A stretch of 64,000 nt of DNA from Candidatus Melainabacteria bacterium 17Bon1m. Its GTDB lineage: Bacteria > Cyanobacteriota > Vampirovibrionia > Obscuribacterales > Obscuribacteraceae. Where the stretch lies: NCBI GenBank assembly GCA_032128875.1, contig JAVLKG010000005.1, positions 448,001-512,000 on the forward strand, read 5' to 3'. Both the position numbers and the translations under genes were made by a program. The first letter of the stretch is position 1. Every line of letters begins with the position of its first letter. The notes under the pieces were generated by a model. That model was not told the origin of the DNA and did not search any database. It worked only from the letters and a program-made list of their open reading frames with translations. Below are positions 9,108 to 18,419 of the stretch, piece after piece.

Positions 9108-10946
9108 GTGACCGGAAAAGTTCGAATACTGGGGATCTCGGCTTATTACCATGACTCCGCCGCTTGCCTTGTAGAAGACGGTGTCATTGTTGCTGCGGCG
9201 CAAGAAGAGCGTTTCACACGGATAAAGGGCGATTCTAGTTTCCCTCACAATGCAGTTGGTTTTTGCCTTGAAACTGGCGGGATTACCGAAAAGGACATTG
9301 ATTATGTCGTTTTCTACGAGAATCCATACGCCAAGTTCGACCGACTTTTAACCACCTATCACGCTACTGTTCCGGCGAGTTTACCTTCATACCTGCGCAG
9401 TTTGCCGGTATGGTTGACTCAGAAATTGTGGATGAGAAAACAGATTTCCGAAGAGTTGGGCGTGAAAAAGCATGTCTACTTCTGCGATCACCACTTGTCG
9501 CACGCAGCCAGCGCCTTTTTTCCATCGCCATTTGAAGAAGCTGCGGTGCTTACGATCGATGGCGTCGGTGAATGGTCTACGACCACTTACGGCATAGGCA
9601 AAGGCGACGATCTGAAGCTGCTCAAGCACATTCGTTTTCCTAACTCACTTGGGTTGCTTTATTCGGCATTTACGTACTACACCGGCTTCAAAATCAATAG
9701 CGGTGAGTACAAATTGATGGGTCTTGCGCCTTACGGCAAGCCAATTTATGCACAGATGATCATGGAAAAACTGATCACCGTTGATGAAGAAGGTGCAGTT
9801 GCTCTTAACCAACATTACTTTGACTATGTTGGTGGACTGACCATGACTAATGCTCGTTTTGATGAGCTTTTCGGCGGACCTCCTCGGGAGCCGGAATCAA
9901 TCATTCGCCAGAAGGAAATGGATATTGCCGCGAGTATTCAGAAAGTTTTGAATGACGTCCTCATCATCATGGCTCGTCATGTGAAGGAAGCAACAGGAGC
10001 CAAAAACCTGGTGTTGGCCGGTGGAGTAGCGCTGAATGTAGTGTCTACTGGAATACTTTCGCGCGAAAAAATCTTCGAGCAAATCTGGATTCAACCGGCG
10101 GCTGGAGATGCCGGTGGCGCGCTTGGCGCTTGCCTCTGGATGTGGCATCAGGTTTTGGGCAAAGGCAGAACCGTTCAAAAGCCTGACTCCATGTCCGGTG
10201 CTTTCCTTGGTCTGGAAATCCCCGATTATTCCGAAGAGGATGATGCCGTGCTTCGCCGAATGGGCGCTGTTTGGCAAGAGATGGATGAAGAGACTCTGCA
10301 AGACGCAATTGCCGAGGCTATCGACAATGGAGAGATCGTTGCTGTAGCTAGAGGCCGCGCTGAATTTGGACCAAGGGCGTTAGGAAGCCGTTCTATTCTT
10401 GCCGATGCGCGCAGTCAGAAAATGCAAAGCCACTTGAACTTGCAGGTGAAGTTCCGCGAGAGCTTCCGACCTTTCGCTCCGATGGTTCTGGCTGAAGACG
10501 CTGAGGAATACTTTGATATTCCGCAAGAAAGTCCGTATATGTTGCTCTGTTACCCGGTTTTGGAAAAACAGAGAATTGCTGTGCAGGATAAGGGGCTGTT
10601 CGGAATCGATCTGTTGAAACAACCCCGCTCTAAGTTGCCGGCAATCACTCACGTGGATTACTCGGCTCGTGTGCAGACAATTGACAGAGACAGAAATCCG
10701 TTTATTCATTCTGTCATCAGCAAATTCAAAAGCCGCTCCGGCTGCTCGGTAATCGTCAACACGTCATTCAACGTGAGGGGCGAGCCGATTGTGAACACCG
10801 CAGAAGATGCATATCGCTGCTTTATGGCCACGGAAATGGACTGCGTGGTGATTGGAAATCGTTTCTTTAGAAGAAAGGACCAGCAGGAAAAACCGCTCAG
10901 CGAAGAAGAAAGATCTGCCTGGTTGAGGAGGTTCGACCTTGACTAA
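9108..10946 (+). CDS. O-carbamoyltransferase, NodU/CmcH/SxtI family
   Basis: LGISAYYHDSAA, QEERFTRIK, HHLSHAASAF, DGVGE, GEYKLMGLAPYG, AGGVALN, AGDAG, EFGPRALGSRS, KFRESFRPFAP, THVDYSARVQT, NTSFNVRGEPIV. Confidence 0.96.
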   Translation: MTGKVRILGISAYYHDSAACLVEDGVIVAAAQEERFTRIKGDSSFPHNAVGFCLETGGITEKDIDYVVFYENPYAKFDRLLTTYHATVPASLPSYLRSLPVWLTQKLWMRKQISEELGVKKHVYFCDHHLSHAASAFFPSPFEEAAVLTIDGVGEWSTTTYGIGKGDDLKLLKHIRFPNSLGLLYSAFTYYTGFKINSGEYKLMGLAPYGKPIYAQMIMEKLITVDEEGAVALNQHYFDYVGGLTMTNARFDELFGGPPREPESIIRQKEMDIAASIQKVLNDVLIIMARHVKEATGAKNLVLAGGVALNVVSTGILSREKIFEQIWIQPAAGDAGGALGACLWMWHQVLGKGRTVQKPDSMSGAFLGLEIPDYSEEDDAVLRRMGAVWQEMDEETLQDAIAEAIDNGEIVAVARGRAEFGPRALGSRSILADARSQKMQSHLNLQVKFRESFRPFAPMVLAEDAEEYFDIPQESPYMLLCYPVLEKQRIAVQDKGLFGIDLLKQPRSKLPAITHVDYSARVQTIDRDRNPFIHSVISKFKSRSGCSVIVNTSFNVRGEPIVNTAEDAYRCFMATEMDCVVIGNRFFRRKDQQEKPLSEEERSAWLRRFDLD

Positions 10947-11610
10947 GACTGCATTAGCTGAAAGAAACGAAGTTGCCTTCAGACCCAATCGCAATGCGCG
11001 GGGCTCAGGTCATGTGAGCTCTTACATGAAGCGCTTGAACGTGCGCAGAGAGCGCGCGGCTTTGAAAAACAACGTTATTTTTGGACTGACAATCGGCTGG
11101 GTGCTCACTTTGATGGGCGCTTTCAAAACTTACATTTTGCTTGAAAGCGGCGTGTCGCAGCTGATGCTGGTCGCTGGTGTGGCATTCCTCGGCACCACGC
11201 TTGTTGCGCCCGGACTGATGATTTATCCGCATAAAGTCATGAAAGGGATCGCTACTTTTGTTGGCACCAATTTGTTCAAAGGAATTCTTTGTGTTGTTTA
11301 TTTCCTGACTATCCTGCCTGCAGGACTTATCTACCAGAAGAAAAACAATCACGAACCCTTTTACTCATGGGCAGCGGGTAATGCTCCTAAGATTGAAGGA
11401 TGGACGGAAAAAATTGCCTCTGACGAAAATGGTAAGTCTTCCGAATACAGCTTGCCTGGTTGGCTGCAACCACTCTCTGTCGTGATCTATTTCGCGCGCA
11501 ACAGTCAGTTGCTTTTCCTTCCTTGCTTGATCGTACTTCTCATGCTCGGATTGATCGGAGTTTTTGTTCAAAGCAGTGCGTTGGCTCCATTTATATACAC
11601 ACTGTTCTAA
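10939..11610 (+). CDS. SxtJ-like membrane protein fused to an SxtK-like (DUF5989-type) C-terminal membrane peptide
   Basis: Three hydrophobic segments including N..ILCVVYFLTILPAGL (SxtJ-like), then LPCLIVLLMLGLIGVFVQSSALAPFIYTLF (SxtK-like). Overlaps the carbamoyltransferase stop, the usual context of these families. Confidence 0.8.
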   Translation: MTKTALAERNEVAFRPNRNARGSGHVSSYMKRLNVRRERAALKNNVIFGLTIGWVLTLMGAFKTYILLESGVSQLMLVAGVAFLGTTLVAPGLMIYPHKVMKGIATFVGTNLFKGILCVVYFLTILPAGLIYQKKNNHEPFYSWAAGNAPKIEGWTEKIASDENGKSSEYSLPGWLQPLSVVIYFARNSQLLFLPCLIVLLMLGLIGVFVQSSALAPFIYTLF

Positions 11611-11634
11611 GAAGCTGTTTTAAGAGGAAGAGAG

Positions 11635-13215
11635 TTGCTGGAATTAGCTAGCAAGCCAAAAACAAGCAAAGCAGCTCCGCGTCATTTGTCCGCGGGGACT
11701 GTTGCTCTAACGTCCATCGGCTACTTTGCTGCGTCGCTTGCGATTATCGTCGGTGCTGCATTTGCTCTTGACCGCTGGATTATTCCCGAGATGGAAAATC
11801 GCGGTTATCTCGAATCTCATTTGTGGGCGGATGAAAATCATCAGCTCAATCACTTCACCTATGTGAAGAATGAAGCGCGTAAGGAAAACCCTGTCTGGCG
11901 TTCGCAGTATATTCCCGTAACTGCAGAGCATCCTGGCAAACAGCGAATTCTCGTTATCGGCGATTCATTTGTTTGGGGGGATGGTTCTAACAATGTGAAC
12001 ACCCTCTGGTGGCGCCAATTAGAGCTCGAGCTACAACATCGTGGCTACAACAACGTTGAAATCGTTGCGGCCGGATTGAATGGTGCCAGTACGCACGACC
12101 AGCTGAATTGGTTGGGTTCGATCTTGCCGAAATACACGCCAGATCTTGTGATATTTGGCTGCGTCACCAATGACGCCGATGAAAAGGATGCTAGCGGTAA
12201 GTCTTATGTGCGCATGATTCCGAAAGAATTGCCCGCACGAGAAAGTGCTGATTCTAAGCTGAACAGTCTCTTGCCAAATCTGTCCGGACAGTTGGAGCAG
12301 ATAAGTAAACTCTCGCGCCTGGCTCATTTGAGTCAGAAGTCCACAGCATTGGAATATGCAGATTGGGAACTTGCCTTGTTGAAAGGACAGAATTTCAAAG
12401 CGTATCAAAATACCGTTTCGTCTCTTGCTAATCAATTGAAAACCGCTGGTGTACCGGCCTTTGTAATTTCGCTTCCGGCTGGTTTTCAAAACAAGACAAA
12501 AGAAAACACAGCCGGCGGACAAAACTTCTTCGATAGTGTGAAGGCCTACAATGAGCAGCGTTTTTCCGCTTTTGCGCCAGTGTTCAAGTCCTCGGGTCTA
12601 CTCTTTGTTGATACGACCGAAGCATTCGCAAAGGCTGCATCTGCCGATCCCCGTTTGAAGTCGAGTGGCTCGCCTCTGCGTCTGGGAATAAATCCCAGCA
12701 ATGGACATCCTGGTCCGTTCTCGACCCACTTCTATGCTGTTTCTGCTGCCGATACTATCGAGCGAAATTTCCCTGCTCTCTTGACCAAAACAGCCAGTGC
12801 ATCCAATTCGACTGTTTCCAGATCAGGCGTTGAGATAAACGACTGCATGCCGCCGTATATGAACGTGCGTGCTGATGAGAAAGAGGCTGGCAGTTTTCAG
12901 TTCACCTATCCGCCTGATGTTGCTGAACATACTTTGTTCATGCCGTTGCGTCGCCGTCACGTTCAACTGTCCTTAAAAAAACCAGCTCAAGTTCATACCG
13001 TTGAAATCAGCGGAGACAACCTATCTGCTGCACAGATTTATCCGAGCTTTTTCGATGCCAAACTTGGCTACACGCCGGACGAATTCTCATCGTTGCCACT
13101 TAAAAAGGGAAATGTGCTTACCTGGAATTTGGGCGACAAACAACTGAGCGCACTCAAGATCCGCGCTAGCTTTAATGGCGGCAATCAGGCGCTCAAAATC
13201 CATTTTACGAACTAG
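11635..13215 (+). CDS. Membrane-anchored SGNH/GDSL-fold protein
   Basis: N-terminal TM helix; block I RILVIGDSFVWG, block II GLNG, block III TND, block V-like PSNGHP. Paralog at 23468..25024. Confidence 0.85.
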   Translation: MLELASKPKTSKAAPRHLSAGTVALTSIGYFAASLAIIVGAAFALDRWIIPEMENRGYLESHLWADENHQLNHFTYVKNEARKENPVWRSQYIPVTAEHPGKQRILVIGDSFVWGDGSNNVNTLWWRQLELELQHRGYNNVEIVAAGLNGASTHDQLNWLGSILPKYTPDLVIFGCVTNDADEKDASGKSYVRMIPKELPARESADSKLNSLLPNLSGQLEQISKLSRLAHLSQKSTALEYADWELALLKGQNFKAYQNTVSSLANQLKTAGVPAFVISLPAGFQNKTKENTAGGQNFFDSVKAYNEQRFSAFAPVFKSSGLLFVDTTEAFAKAASADPRLKSSGSPLRLGINPSNGHPGPFSTHFYAVSAADTIERNFPALLTKTASASNSTVSRSGVEINDCMPPYMNVRADEKEAGSFQFTYPPDVAEHTLFMPLRRRHVQLSLKKPAQVHTVEISGDNLSAAQIYPSFFDAKLGYTPDEFSSLPLKKGNVLTWNLGDKQLSALKIRASFNGGNQALKIHFTN

Positions 13216-13263
13216 TCAGATACTGATTGTACTGATATCTATCACAATCACTCTCTGAACTGC

Positions 13264-14763
13264 CTACTGCGGCATTCTGAGTTGGTCTGAATCGATGATT
13301 TTTCCCAGGTTGGAAATCGAATCGTTGATTTGCAGCATTGAAAATTCGACGGTGGGCGATGACTGTAAAAGAGTCCGCGCCATATCGCGCGCTTGCACGC
13401 GTATTTCCGGTACAGCTACAGTCTCGCCGCGCAATCCAAGCGTGTTTGTGCCCAGAGTGAATATCACTCTGCTGGGCTTTTGATTTGCATCAAGAACGGC
13501 GCCATCGGTGCGCACGTTGATGCCTAAGCCGGTAGCGTGAGGTTGGACGATTCCGCGTGTCAGTAAAGACTGAGCCAATGTTGATTTGGATTTGCGGAAA
13601 TCCGGAGTGAAGCCGGAGCAATTGAGCATGAGGTTGACTTTCAGCTGATGCGGCTGGCCGCCTCCTCGCGGCATTATCGTCGCGATTAGTGCTTCAGAAG
13701 TTTCGTTGACGCTGTAGAGTCTTCCAGCCATCACTTTCAGCTTTCCTGACTGAATGAGCTGCTCTATTGCATCACCAATTTCCGGCGCCATACGATGACG
13801 GTGAACATCCCAATACGTGCGAATATGCCTCAGGAAGCGCCTCTTTTGCTTATCGGTCAAGGAAGCCCAGAGCGCTTGCGAATGGGGTCTTAGCGAGTCG
13901 ATGACTTGTCTCCAGTCGCTAACTTCCATTTTGACTGTTGAGGCATTGTCGAAAAGTTGCTCGAAAGAACCGTTTCTTATGGATTCTTTCACTGCTTTGA
14001 AGAGCAGATTGAGATCGCCATACAGCTCTTGATTCAATTCGGTTTGGGCAAAAGCCGGCACTGAAGTTTTTGAATGAGCGCGGGGCAGGAGTCCGTGGCG
14101 AGAAACCGCATATATCGTGCCTTTGAAGCCGCTGTGGACAAGTTCTAGCGTTTTGTCCACCGTGGTCAGGCCTGTCCCTATCAAAAGTGCATCGCCTGCA
14201 ATGGTATCGAAGCTGGTGGCATTAGGCTTCCAGGGATTGCCGATATATCTTTCTGATGCGGCGATTCCTTGCGATATTCCAGAAGGTGCCGAAGGGCTGA
14301 AATTGCCAGTCGCCAGCACTACTTTGTCGGCTACAATGACTTCGCCGCTCGCCAATTTTAGTACGGCCTTTGTCTCGTCCTGAATAAGTTTTACCGACAG
14401 GACTTCGTCTTCCACTCGCTCGAATGTGACTAGAGACGGCAGATTGTTCGTCGCCGCGTGCAATATGTTTTCCACGTATTCGCCATAGAGCGCACGAGAA
14501 ACAAAAGCTGTTTCACTCAGCCTTGGATACTTTGTCCGTGCCCACTTTAGAAAGTGCAGTGGCTCGTCAGGAAACGCGCTCATACGACCGGCAGGGACAT
14601 TCAGCAAATGTCCTGGGAATTGCGTGGAATAAGCCACACCTTTGCCGGCTTTTTCTGCCGGTTCGATAAGTGCGACTTTGATTGGTGTGCGCGCTTGCTG
14701 GATAAGGTTAACGGCTGTAAGAGTGCCAGTAAAGCCACCACCAATAATTGCCACTGTAATCAT
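13264..14763 (-). CDS. FAD/NAD(P)-binding protein (YdhS-like)
   Basis: VAIIGGGFTG, GVAYST..HLLNVPAGRMSAF, IGTGLT, SRHGLLP, WDVHRHRMAP, ETVAVPEIR. Confidence 0.85.
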   Translation of the reverse strand: MITVAIIGGGFTGTLTAVNLIQQARTPIKVALIEPAEKAGKGVAYSTQFPGHLLNVPAGRMSAFPDEPLHFLKWARTKYPRLSETAFVSRALYGEYVENILHAATNNLPSLVTFERVEDEVLSVKLIQDETKAVLKLASGEVIVADKVVLATGNFSPSAPSGISQGIAASERYIGNPWKPNATSFDTIAGDALLIGTGLTTVDKTLELVHSGFKGTIYAVSRHGLLPRAHSKTSVPAFAQTELNQELYGDLNLLFKAVKESIRNGSFEQLFDNASTVKMEVSDWRQVIDSLRPHSQALWASLTDKQKRRFLRHIRTYWDVHRHRMAPEIGDAIEQLIQSGKLKVMAGRLYSVNETSEALIATIMPRGGGQPHQLKVNLMLNCSGFTPDFRKSKSTLAQSLLTRGIVQPHATGLGINVRTDGAVLDANQKPSRVIFTLGTNTLGLRGETVAVPEIRVQARDMARTLLQSSPTVEFSMLQINDSISNLGKIIDSDQLRMPQ

Positions 14764-14794
14764 GCAAAAGACCTTAAAACAACCAGTTGATGAG

Positions 14795-15823
14795 TTAGCG
14801 GCTCGATGCGGCAGCGCTTAATGCTTCTGCCAATGAATCTTCTTTTGCAGCTTTGCTCTCTCTGCCTTCGTTGAGACTTGAGCTGGCCATATTGCCTTCG
14901 AAGCCTCTGCCCAGCTTCTCTCCAATGAGATAGGTCGGGCGTCCACGCAACTCTTCCAGAGCAGTGGACAAGTAAATGGCGACAAGACCGGTTGAGAGGA
15001 CTTGCACGCCGGACAAGACTAACAAACCGGACATGATGAAGACGAACGGTTGTGAGGCTGGTGGGCTGGCGAATGCGATCGCCAGTGTAAGCAGCCCGAG
15101 GACGGTAAGGATGCCTCCAGCCACAGGGATCAAAAAGAGCGGTGCAACGCTGAAGGCAAGTATGCCGTCAAAGGCGAGGCGCAGAAGCCTTCTGATTGTA
15201 TAAGTGCTTTCCCCGAGTTCTCGGGCTCCTCTATCGACAGGAATTCCCACTTGCTTGAAGCCCAGCCAAGGCACAAGACCGCGCAAGAAGCGCTTCTTCT
15301 CGGGCAGACGGCGCAGTGCATCGACGACTTTTCTGTCGATAAGTCGGAAGTCTCCGGTATCACGTGGAATATCTACGGCCGATACGGAGGAAAGAACACG
15401 ATAGTAGAGGAATGCGAAAAGGCGCTTCGGCACGCTGTCTTTGCGAGTCGAGCGAGTTGCATAAATGACGTCATAGCCGCGGCGCCAGAGATCCATCATT
15501 TGTGGAATCAGCTCAGGCGGATCTTGCAAATCGGAATCGATATTGACGACCGCTCTGCCATCGGAGTGATCCATACCTGCCGTAATTGCAGCTTGCTGTC
15601 CGAAATTGCGAGACAGATTGATCAGTTTCACATAAGGAAACTCACCGGCAATTTCTCTCAAGGCGCGCGTCGTGCGCTCGCCCGAGCCGTCATTTACGAA
15701 AACTACTTCGTATTTGATCGAGACGGCCAAAAGAATTTCTTCCAGCCGCTGGAGCAGCCGAATTAGATTGCGTGGGTCTTCGTTATAAACAGCGACTACT
15801 ACTGATAGGTCAGGTGTTGCCAC
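14795..15823 (-). CDS. GT2 polyprenol-phosphate glycosyltransferase (GtrB/ArnC-like)
   Basis: VYNE, NDGS, SRNFGQQAAITAG, DSDLQDPP, GDFRLIDR, two C-terminal TM helices, RPTY. Confidence 0.9.
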   Translation of the reverse strand: MATPDLSVVVAVYNEDPRNLIRLLQRLEEILLAVSIKYEVVFVNDGSGERTTRALREIAGEFPYVKLINLSRNFGQQAAITAGMDHSDGRAVVNIDSDLQDPPELIPQMMDLWRRGYDVIYATRSTRKDSVPKRLFAFLYYRVLSSVSAVDIPRDTGDFRLIDRKVVDALRRLPEKKRFLRGLVPWLGFKQVGIPVDRGARELGESTYTIRRLLRLAFDGILAFSVAPLFLIPVAGGILTVLGLLTLAIAFASPPASQPFVFIMSGLLVLSGVQVLSTGLVAIYLSTALEELRGRPTYLIGEKLGRGFEGNMASSSLNEGRESKAAKEDSLAEALSAAASSR

Positions 15824-15967
15824 GAGGGTGTTTCCAGAAACTGTAAACCTGTGAGATTGACTCTCAACAACCTTCGAATTGTCTTACAAATTCGAGCCTG
15901 AGGTCAACTTGTCAGCTTCTAATGTCAAGACGATGGACGGCTTGTAAAGCCCGCACCTGTGGGGTTG

Positions 15968-16906
15968 CTAAGCTGGATTTAAGGAAGTGATCCAGTCCCA
16001 TGTTTGGCGAAGACCCGCACCCAGCTCTGTTTCAGGGGCCCAGTTCAAATGTTTTTTGGCAAGCTTAATGTCAAGAACATTGGCTGGAACGTCGACGCCC
16101 CTGGCTGGGGTGTAGTTTACGCTCACCGGTCGGTCTATATTTTTCTTTATCTCCGCCACGATTTCATTTAACGAATAGCCGCGGCCGGCTCCAATATTGA
16201 ATATCCGAGGGTCATTCGGACCAGCTTGGTATTCTGCCGCAGACACGAGTGCTTTTGCCGTATCGGTTACATAGATGTAGTCACGGATAACTTCGCCATC
16301 GCCGAATATGTTGATGGGCTTGTTTTCGGATATCGCACCAAGGAAAACGCCGATTGCACCCTGCTTTGCATGAGGATTTTGCAAGACACCATAGGGATTG
16401 GAAAGCCTCAGTACGACATACTCCTGACCCCACTGGGTGTAGAACAAATAAAGATACTTCTCGATTGCTAATTTGGTGATTCCATACGAGCAAATAGGCT
16501 CATTCGTGTGGTCTTCGGGAATCGGAATAGTTTTTGGTATGCCGTAGATTGTGCCGCCGGAAGAGATGAAGACCACCTTTTTGACGTTGGAATTGCGGCA
16601 TGCTTGGAAGAGTTGGACTGAATCTTCGACATTCGATTTTATGTCATAGATAGGGTCTTCGTTGGATGTTTGCGGAACCGTGGTGTATGCGAGGTGGAAA
16701 ACCCAATCGATCCCCTCGACTGCCGCAGCCACTTCTCCGTGATTGCCAAGGTCGCCGCTCAGGTTTTCGACTTCCTTGCGCGACTCTCTAAAGCGGCTAG
16801 GGTAGCGGTCTAAGACCCGCACCGAATGCCCCTGCAGAAGCAGTTGATCAACTAAGTGGCAGCCAATAAAGCCATTGCCGCCGATTACTAGCGTTTTCAT
16901 GTGCAT
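15968..16906 (-). CDS. NAD-dependent epimerase/dehydratase
   Basis: GGNGFIG, SSGGTIYG, YGITK (YxxxK), RDYIYV. Confidence 0.9.
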   Translation of the reverse strand: MHMKTLVIGGNGFIGCHLVDQLLLQGHSVRVLDRYPSRFRESRKEVENLSGDLGNHGEVAAAVEGIDWVFHLAYTTVPQTSNEDPIYDIKSNVEDSVQLFQACRNSNVKKVVFISSGGTIYGIPKTIPIPEDHTNEPICSYGITKLAIEKYLYLFYTQWGQEYVVLRLSNPYGVLQNPHAKQGAIGVFLGAISENKPINIFGDGEVIRDYIYVTDTAKALVSAAEYQAGPNDPRIFNIGAGRGYSLNEIVAEIKKNIDRPVSVNYTPARGVDVPANVLDIKLAKKHLNWAPETELGAGLRQTWDWITSLNPA

Positions 16907-16957
16907 AATGTTAGCACGTGGTGAAATCGGCTCCCTTTCATACGTTTCAGCAATTGC

Positions 16958-18361
16958 TCAGGCAGATGTCGGAATTTTCAGAAATGGGGCGTATATCTTT
17001 TCAATGTCATCAACCATCACTTGCACGCTTCGCTCGTCCTTTATGTTGGAACGGAATTTTTCGAGCAGTCCTTTCTCCGTGACTACTCTCAATAGCTGCT
17101 GCTTCAACGACTCGACTGAATTTAGAGTGAACAATAATCCAGTGTTGTCGTGATCGATGATTTCGGCCATGCCGCCCAAATCAGTGGCAATGAGCGGTGT
17201 TTTCGTTGCCAGGGCAGACTGCATTACGAGAGGCGTATTTTCGTACCACCTAGATGGAATCACCAGAACATCAATGTTAGAGAGTATTTCGCCAAATTTC
17301 TCTTGCGGGAAAGTGCCTTTGAAAGCAATCTTTTTTGAGTTGGAAGAACCATCTTGAGCCATGTCTAAGAGCTTCTTTCCATACTCTGGAAATTGGTCTG
17401 TCGAGCCGTAAATGGACAGGTTGCATTTTTCGTCTTCAGGCAGGGCGAGGAAGGCTTTGATAAGTAAGTCCACGCCTTTGTGTTCAAACAGAGTACCGAT
17501 GAAAGCAATTCGTACAAGTGGGGACTCGGACTTCTTCGTATGCGGTGTGAGCGCATCGAGCCGAATTCCGAAAGGCACGTGATGAATCAGTTTTTCGTCT
17601 ATGCCGTTTTCAACGAAAACATCACCCATGAGTTTTGTCGGCACGAGTATTGCCTGCAACTTGTTGGCTGCTGCTCGCAGTTTGCCGGGGCGGCTCAGGG
17701 TCGCCTTTGTCGCGTCAGGAAGTTTTGTTGCAATATAGGCTGAGTATGCTGCTTTCACTGCCGCATCCTGCACTGCCGATGCACCCTTTGTCGAAGGATA
17801 TTTTGCCCCCAGCGCTTCCTTAAACTCAGACAGGGGCGGAAACAACCTGGGCGTATAACAGTCAAGGCACTTTATTGCTCCCGGTCCAGGTCCCCGGCAA
17901 ACCGTACCGTCAGGTCGTTTTAGCTGCACTATCGGGCAGACGAACCAGAAGTCTGTCGAGTAAAACACTACAGGAATGCTCATTTCCCTTGCAACATCGA
18001 TAATTGCGGCTGAGTGATTCTGAGCATGGACAATTTGCACCAAATCCGGTTTGAAGTCGTTCAAAAGCTCTTTGAAATGCGCCGCCACGTGCGGGTGATC
18101 GTACTCGAAGGAGAAGCGATATCCCTTGAGCCTGAGCGCTTCTTCGATGACATGTACTCTAATTCCTTCGTACACATAATTGGACGTTTCGCAATCATGA
18201 GTTTCTTTTCTGCGTGCATCAACATCAGGCGGATTGGCAGTGACGATGAGGACGTCGTAGCCGCGTTCTTTCAATTCCTTGGCGATGTTCAACGTGAGCA
18301 CTTCAGTGCCCGCGCGGTGTTCGGGAAAGAACTTATGAACGGTTAGTAGGACCCTTTTCAT
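16958..18361 (-). CDS. GT4 glycosyltransferase with Cys-rich insert
   Basis: KRVLLTVHKFFPEHRAGTE, FIGTLFEHKG, PSRWYENTPLV. Start set at ATG 18361. Confidence 0.9.
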   Translation of the reverse strand: MKRVLLTVHKFFPEHRAGTEVLTLNIAKELKERGYDVLIVTANPPDVDARRKETHDCETSNYVYEGIRVHVIEEALRLKGYRFSFEYDHPHVAAHFKELLNDFKPDLVQIVHAQNHSAAIIDVAREMSIPVVFYSTDFWFVCPIVQLKRPDGTVCRGPGPGAIKCLDCYTPRLFPPLSEFKEALGAKYPSTKGASAVQDAAVKAAYSAYIATKLPDATKATLSRPGKLRAAANKLQAILVPTKLMGDVFVENGIDEKLIHHVPFGIRLDALTPHTKKSESPLVRIAFIGTLFEHKGVDLLIKAFLALPEDEKCNLSIYGSTDQFPEYGKKLLDMAQDGSSNSKKIAFKGTFPQEKFGEILSNIDVLVIPSRWYENTPLVMQSALATKTPLIATDLGGMAEIIDHDNTGLLFTLNSVESLKQQLLRVVTEKGLLEKFRSNIKDERSVQVMVDDIEKIYAPFLKIPTSA

Positions 18362-18419
18362 GATTTGGCTTCGCGCGCAGCTTGAATGAACAAGCAAAAA
18401 CGCTTATTGCCCGCACAGT

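Noticed and set aside
9108-13215. Saxitoxin biosynthesis cluster (sxtI/J/K/L-like genes)
   Set aside because: No SxtA-like PKS, amidinotransferase or other core sxt genes. The context is entirely glycan synthesis.
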